Positions 3,456 through 6,320 of a stretch of 6,320 bases of DNA are shown here, piece by piece. Where the stretch lies: positions 1 through 6,320 of the IMG/VR virus record IMGVR_UViG_3300045988_003439. The stretch is one strand, 5' to 3'. The notes under the pieces were generated by a model. That model made no database searches, was not told the origin of the DNA, and saw nothing but the letters and a program-made list of their open reading frames with translations. Source of the DNA: a virus. A program made the position numbers and the translations under genes. Within the stretch, counting starts at the first letter, position 1, and each line of letters opens with the position of its first letter.

Positions 3456-5143
3456 TTACAAAGGAATTACAGAATAAGCTAATGACTCGTTGTCAGAACC
3501 CTCGTACGGTTACCAACAAGTACACGCATGAATCCGTTGTTGTCTCTTGTGGTTCTTGCCCTTCTTGCCTTCTCCGTCGTTCTGCTGTTCAGACAAACCT
3601 GCTTACTGCTTATTCTGCTCAATTCCGTTATGCATATTTTGTTACTCTTACTTATGCTCCTTGTTTCCTTCCTACTTTGGAGGTTTCGGTAATTGAAGCT
3701 TGTACGGATGATATTGCTGATGTACCTTGTGTTCCCGATATTAATGACTTGGATGCTGATGACCCTAATACTTATCTTTTTGGCTTTTCTAGCGTTCCTC
3801 GTACCGCTTCTGTCAAATTGAAGAATTCCACGGTTGAGAGGACCTTCAAAGACCCCGAGGTTAAGTTTACTTATCCTATGAAATCTAAGGATATCCTTTC
3901 TATTTTCGAAAAGGTTAGTCATAATGTCCCGAATAGAATTCCTTATATTTGTAATAGAGACCTTGATTTATTTTTGAAACGTTTAAGAAGTTATTATTCA
4001 GATGAAAAATTACGTTACTACGCTGTATCAGAATACGGACCTACCAGTTTCCGCCCGCATTGGCACCTGTTACTGTTTTCCAATTCCCAACGATTCTCGA
4101 AAACTATTTGTGAAAATGTACGTAAGGCTTGGTCTTACGGTCGTTGTGATACGTCACTCTCGAGAGGATACGCAGCACTGTATGTTGCGTCGTATCTTAA
4201 TAGCTTTGTCGCTTTACCCGACTTTTATACTCAAATGCCAAAAGTGGTGCGACCTAAATCCTTCCATTCCATTGGATTTACAGAGTCAAATCTCTTTCCT
4301 CGAGAGGTACGAATTGCCGAAGTTGACAAAGTTGCCGATAAGTGCCTTAATGGAGTTGTCGTTGAACGCGGTGGCAAATTTCGCACAGTTAAACCTTCTT
4401 GGCCGTATATCCTTCGACTATTCCCCCGATTTTCGGACGTTATTCGTAAATCTCCATCGAACGTTTACCAGTTACTTTTTGCTGCGTTCACAGCGCCCTC
4501 ACGAGTCGTTCGTAGCGGATGCGCTGATTTGAGTTGTGATCCCTTTAATGTAGACTCTAAACAGAGTATACTGTCTTTTTGTAAACAGTATTTAAATTAT
4601 GTAGATAATTATGGAAAATCAAATGAACGTAGGAACTTCCTTTCTCCTAAAGCGGATTTACCGCATAGTGATGTTCTCATTCTTACTGAATGTCGTTTGT
4701 ACGATGGTGTTGATTTGGAACCTCTTCATCGTCTCTCCCGCTTATACCGTTTTTTTCTCGGAATTTCGAAATTTATTCGAACATATTCAACGGACGGATG
4801 TTCAGAATTCTTCTGGTCCAGCGGCACTCCTGAAGGAGAACTCTTTGATCGAGATAGATTCTTGCGAATAATCTCTGAAAAAATAGTTAATTTTTGGATT
4901 CGTTATGATTATAATCGTCTTGTAGATTTCTATCAGACTCTGGAAGATTCTAATGATAAGGATTTGGTTGAATTTGAGCTTCGGAATTATTCTTTTCGTT
5001 ATAACAGACCTCCTGATAATGAGGAAACTCCTTACAATGAACTCCCTCTTGTTCGTCGCTTGGCTGCTGCTTCATTGATGAAATGTCGAGATAAGGTTAA
5101 GCACAAGAGGGTTAATGATTTGACTGGTATTTTCTCTTATTGA
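3452..5143 (+). CDS. VP4: Replication initiation protein VP4 (HUH rolling-circle endonuclease, gpA-like)
   Basis: 563 aa. It has an N-terminal CGSCPSC cluster, motif I FVTLTY (3638-3655), the HUH motif PHWHLLLF (H-W-H at 4058-4066) and the two-tyrosine motif YVASY (4181-4195), comparable to YVAKY of phiX174 gpA. An alternative start is M11 at 3482 (MTRCQNPR...). Confidence 0.93.
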   Translation: MITKELQNKLMTRCQNPRTVTNKYTHESVVVSCGSCPSCLLRRSAVQTNLLTAYSAQFRYAYFVTLTYAPCFLPTLEVSVIEACTDDIADVPCVPDINDLDADDPNTYLFGFSSVPRTASVKLKNSTVERTFKDPEVKFTYPMKSKDILSIFEKVSHNVPNRIPYICNRDLDLFLKRLRSYYSDEKLRYYAVSEYGPTSFRPHWHLLLFSNSQRFSKTICENVRKAWSYGRCDTSLSRGYAALYVASYLNSFVALPDFYTQMPKVVRPKSFHSIGFTESNLFPREVRIAEVDKVADKCLNGVVVERGGKFRTVKPSWPYILRLFPRFSDVIRKSPSNVYQLLFAAFTAPSRVVRSGCADLSCDPFNVDSKQSILSFCKQYLNYVDNYGKSNERRNFLSPKADLPHSDVLILTECRLYDGVDLEPLHRLSRLYRFFLGISKFIRTYSTDGCSEFFWSSGTPEGELFDRDRFLRIISEKIVNFWIRYDYNRLVDFYQTLEDSNDKDLVEFELRNYSFRYNRPPDNEETPYNELPLVRRLAAASLMKCRDKVKHKRVNDLTGIFSY

Positions 5144-5175
5144 GAGTCTAATGTTTAATCTTTAAATATTTTTTT

Positions 5176-6320
5176 ATGGCTTCTTACACTGGAATGTCCA
5201 ATCTCCAGAATCATCCTCACCGTTCTGGATTTGATATTGGACGTAAAAATGCGTTTACCGCGAAAGTTGGTGAGCTTCTTCCTGTTTACTGGGATATTTC
5301 TATGCCTGGTGATAAGTATAAGTTTAATATTGAGTATTTTACTCGTACTCAGCCCGTTGAGACTTCTGCTTATACCCGTTTGCGTGAATATTTTGATTTC
5401 TATGCTGTGCCGTTGCGTCTTCTCTGGAAGTCTGCTCCTTCTGTATTGACACAAATGCAGGATGTCAATCAGATTCAAGCTTTGTCTTTGACACAAAATC
5501 TTTCTTTGGGTACTTATTTACCTTCTTTGCCTTTAAACCTTATTTATTCTTTTCTTCAGTATCTTAATGGAGGTAGTAATAATCCTGGTTATTCTGATGG
5601 AAAGTTTAATATGTTTGGTTTTTCTCGTTCCGATTTGTCTTTTAAGTTGTTAAGTTATCTTGGTTATGGGAACATTATTCGTACGCTGCCTGTTTCTGGT
5701 AATCGTTGGTGGTCTACTTCTTTAAAGTATGATACTACTTCTAATTATTCTCAAGCTTATATTCAAAATAATTTCGTAAATATATTTCCTATTCTTACTT
5801 ATCAGAAGATTTATCAAGACTTTTTCCGTTGGTCTCAATGGGAACTTTCTAATCCTTCATCTTATAATGTAGATTATTTCTCTGGTACTTCTCCTAATCT
5901 TGTTACTTCATTGCCTTCTAAGGACTCAGATTATTGGAAATCCGATACAATGTTTGACCTTAAATATTGTAACTGGAATAAGGATATGTTGATGGGTGTT
6001 CTTCCGAATTCTCAATTTGGCGATGTTGCCATAGTTGATGGCGATAATTATTCTATTCCTGACGTTGTTTTGGGCAAAGGTAGTGTTACGAGTCCTGTTG
6101 GTATTGCTTCTGCCGTTTCTTCTAATTCTGCTCCAGTTCCTTTCTTTGCTTTGCAAGCCTCTGCCTCTAATACTTTACCTGTGGGTTCTTCCCTTCGTGT
6201 TGATTTATCAACTTTGCAATCTCAATTTACGGTTCTTGCTCTCCGTCAAGCAGAGGCTCTCCAGCGTTGGAAAGAAATCTCTCAGTCTGGTGACTCCGAT
6301 TACCGCGAACAGATTCGTAA
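5176..6320 (+). CDS. VP1: Major capsid protein VP1 (F-like), N-terminal about 381 codons, open at the window end
   Basis: ATG at 5176 with no stop in this frame to the window end, which is why the ORF track omits it. My translation reads MASYTGMSNLQNHPHRSGFDIGRKNAFTAKVGELLPVYWDISMPGD...TRTQPVETSAYTRLREYFDFYAVPLRLLWK...FTVLALRQAEALQRWKEISQSGDSDYREQIR. These are signatures I recognise from Microviridae major capsid proteins. Codons are strongly T-ending. Confidence 0.95.
   Translation, partial: MASYTGMSNLQNHPHRSGFDIGRKNAFTAKVGELLPVYWDISMPGDKYKFNIEYFTRTQPVETSAYTRLREYFDFYAVPLRLLWKSAPSVLTQMQDVNQIQALSLTQNLSLGTYLPSLPLNLIYSFLQYLNGGSNNPGYSDGKFNMFGFSRSDLSFKLLSYLGYGNIIRTLPVSGNRWWSTSLKYDTTSNYSQAYIQNNFVNIFPILTYQKIYQDFFRWSQWELSNPSSYNVDYFSGTSPNLVTSLPSKDSDYWKSDTMFDLKYCNWNKDMLMGVLPNSQFGDVAIVDGDNYSIPDVVLGKGSVTSPVGIASAVSSNSAPVPFFALQASASNTLPVGSSLRVDLSTLQSQFTVLALRQAEALQRWKEISQSGDSDYREQIR
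6266..6320. repeat. Terminal direct repeat, right copy (circular-assembly overlap)
   Basis: Identical 55-mer to nt 1-55. Both copies lie inside the VP1 reading frame, in the same phase. Confidence 0.97.

Larger units (their letters stand above)
1..6265 (+). other. Complete circular Microviridae (Alpavirinae-like) ssDNA phage genome, one unit length
   Basis: An exact 55-nt terminal redundancy closes the circle. The gene set is VP1, VP2 and VP4 on one strand. The coding strand is T-rich, as is typical of microviruses, and the size is about 6.3 kb. Confidence 0.9.

Noticed and set aside
4315-4340. Tandem AAGTTG repeats (GAAGTTGACAAAGTTGCC), whose complement reads CAACTT twice and recalls the phiX174 origin core CAACTTG.
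   Set aside because: The CAACTT motif is on the minus strand, whereas a rolling-circle nick must be in the viral + strand. The match is only 6 nt.
3479-6156. Minus-strand ORFs 3479..3922, 5155..5496 and 5926..6156.
   Set aside because: For the same reason: they are antisense shadows of VP4 and VP1, with no motif and no start context.

Overview
The window is a complete, circularly permuted genome of a small ssDNA phage of the family Microviridae. The unit length is 6,265 nt; nt 1-55 recur exactly at 6266-6320, which looks like an assembly overlap. All credible genes are on the + strand. The major capsid protein VP1 starts at 5176, runs off the window end and wraps round to stop at 758. It is followed by an acidic 160-aa protein that may be a scaffold (770-1252) and the VP2 pilot/minor capsid protein (1252-2340). 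Next come a strong intrinsic terminator (2368-2404), a roughly 300-nt ORF-free hairpin-dense island (2405-2700), and an AT-rich region with a Bacteroides-type promoter (2725-2753) and phased repeats. Downstream lie a 58-aa ORF, a 30-aa transmembrane peptide, a minimal M15-family zinc peptidase (3147-3455) and the HUH rolling-circle replication initiator VP4 (3452-5143). The lack of Shine-Dalgarno sequences, the TTTG/TAnnTTTG promoter and the capsid sequence point to an Alpavirinae-like phage of Bacteroidota. The most interesting item is the structured non-coding island, the only stretch outside the single predicted promoter-to-terminator unit. Next are the TM-peptide plus M15 peptidase pair (a candidate lysis cassette) and a codon-usage break inside the Rep gene that coincides with unusually long +1-frame ORFs. 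Every minus-strand ORF and most overlapping + strand ORFs in the track are best explained as compositional shadows. No tRNA, rRNA, CRISPR array, integrase or transposase was recognised.
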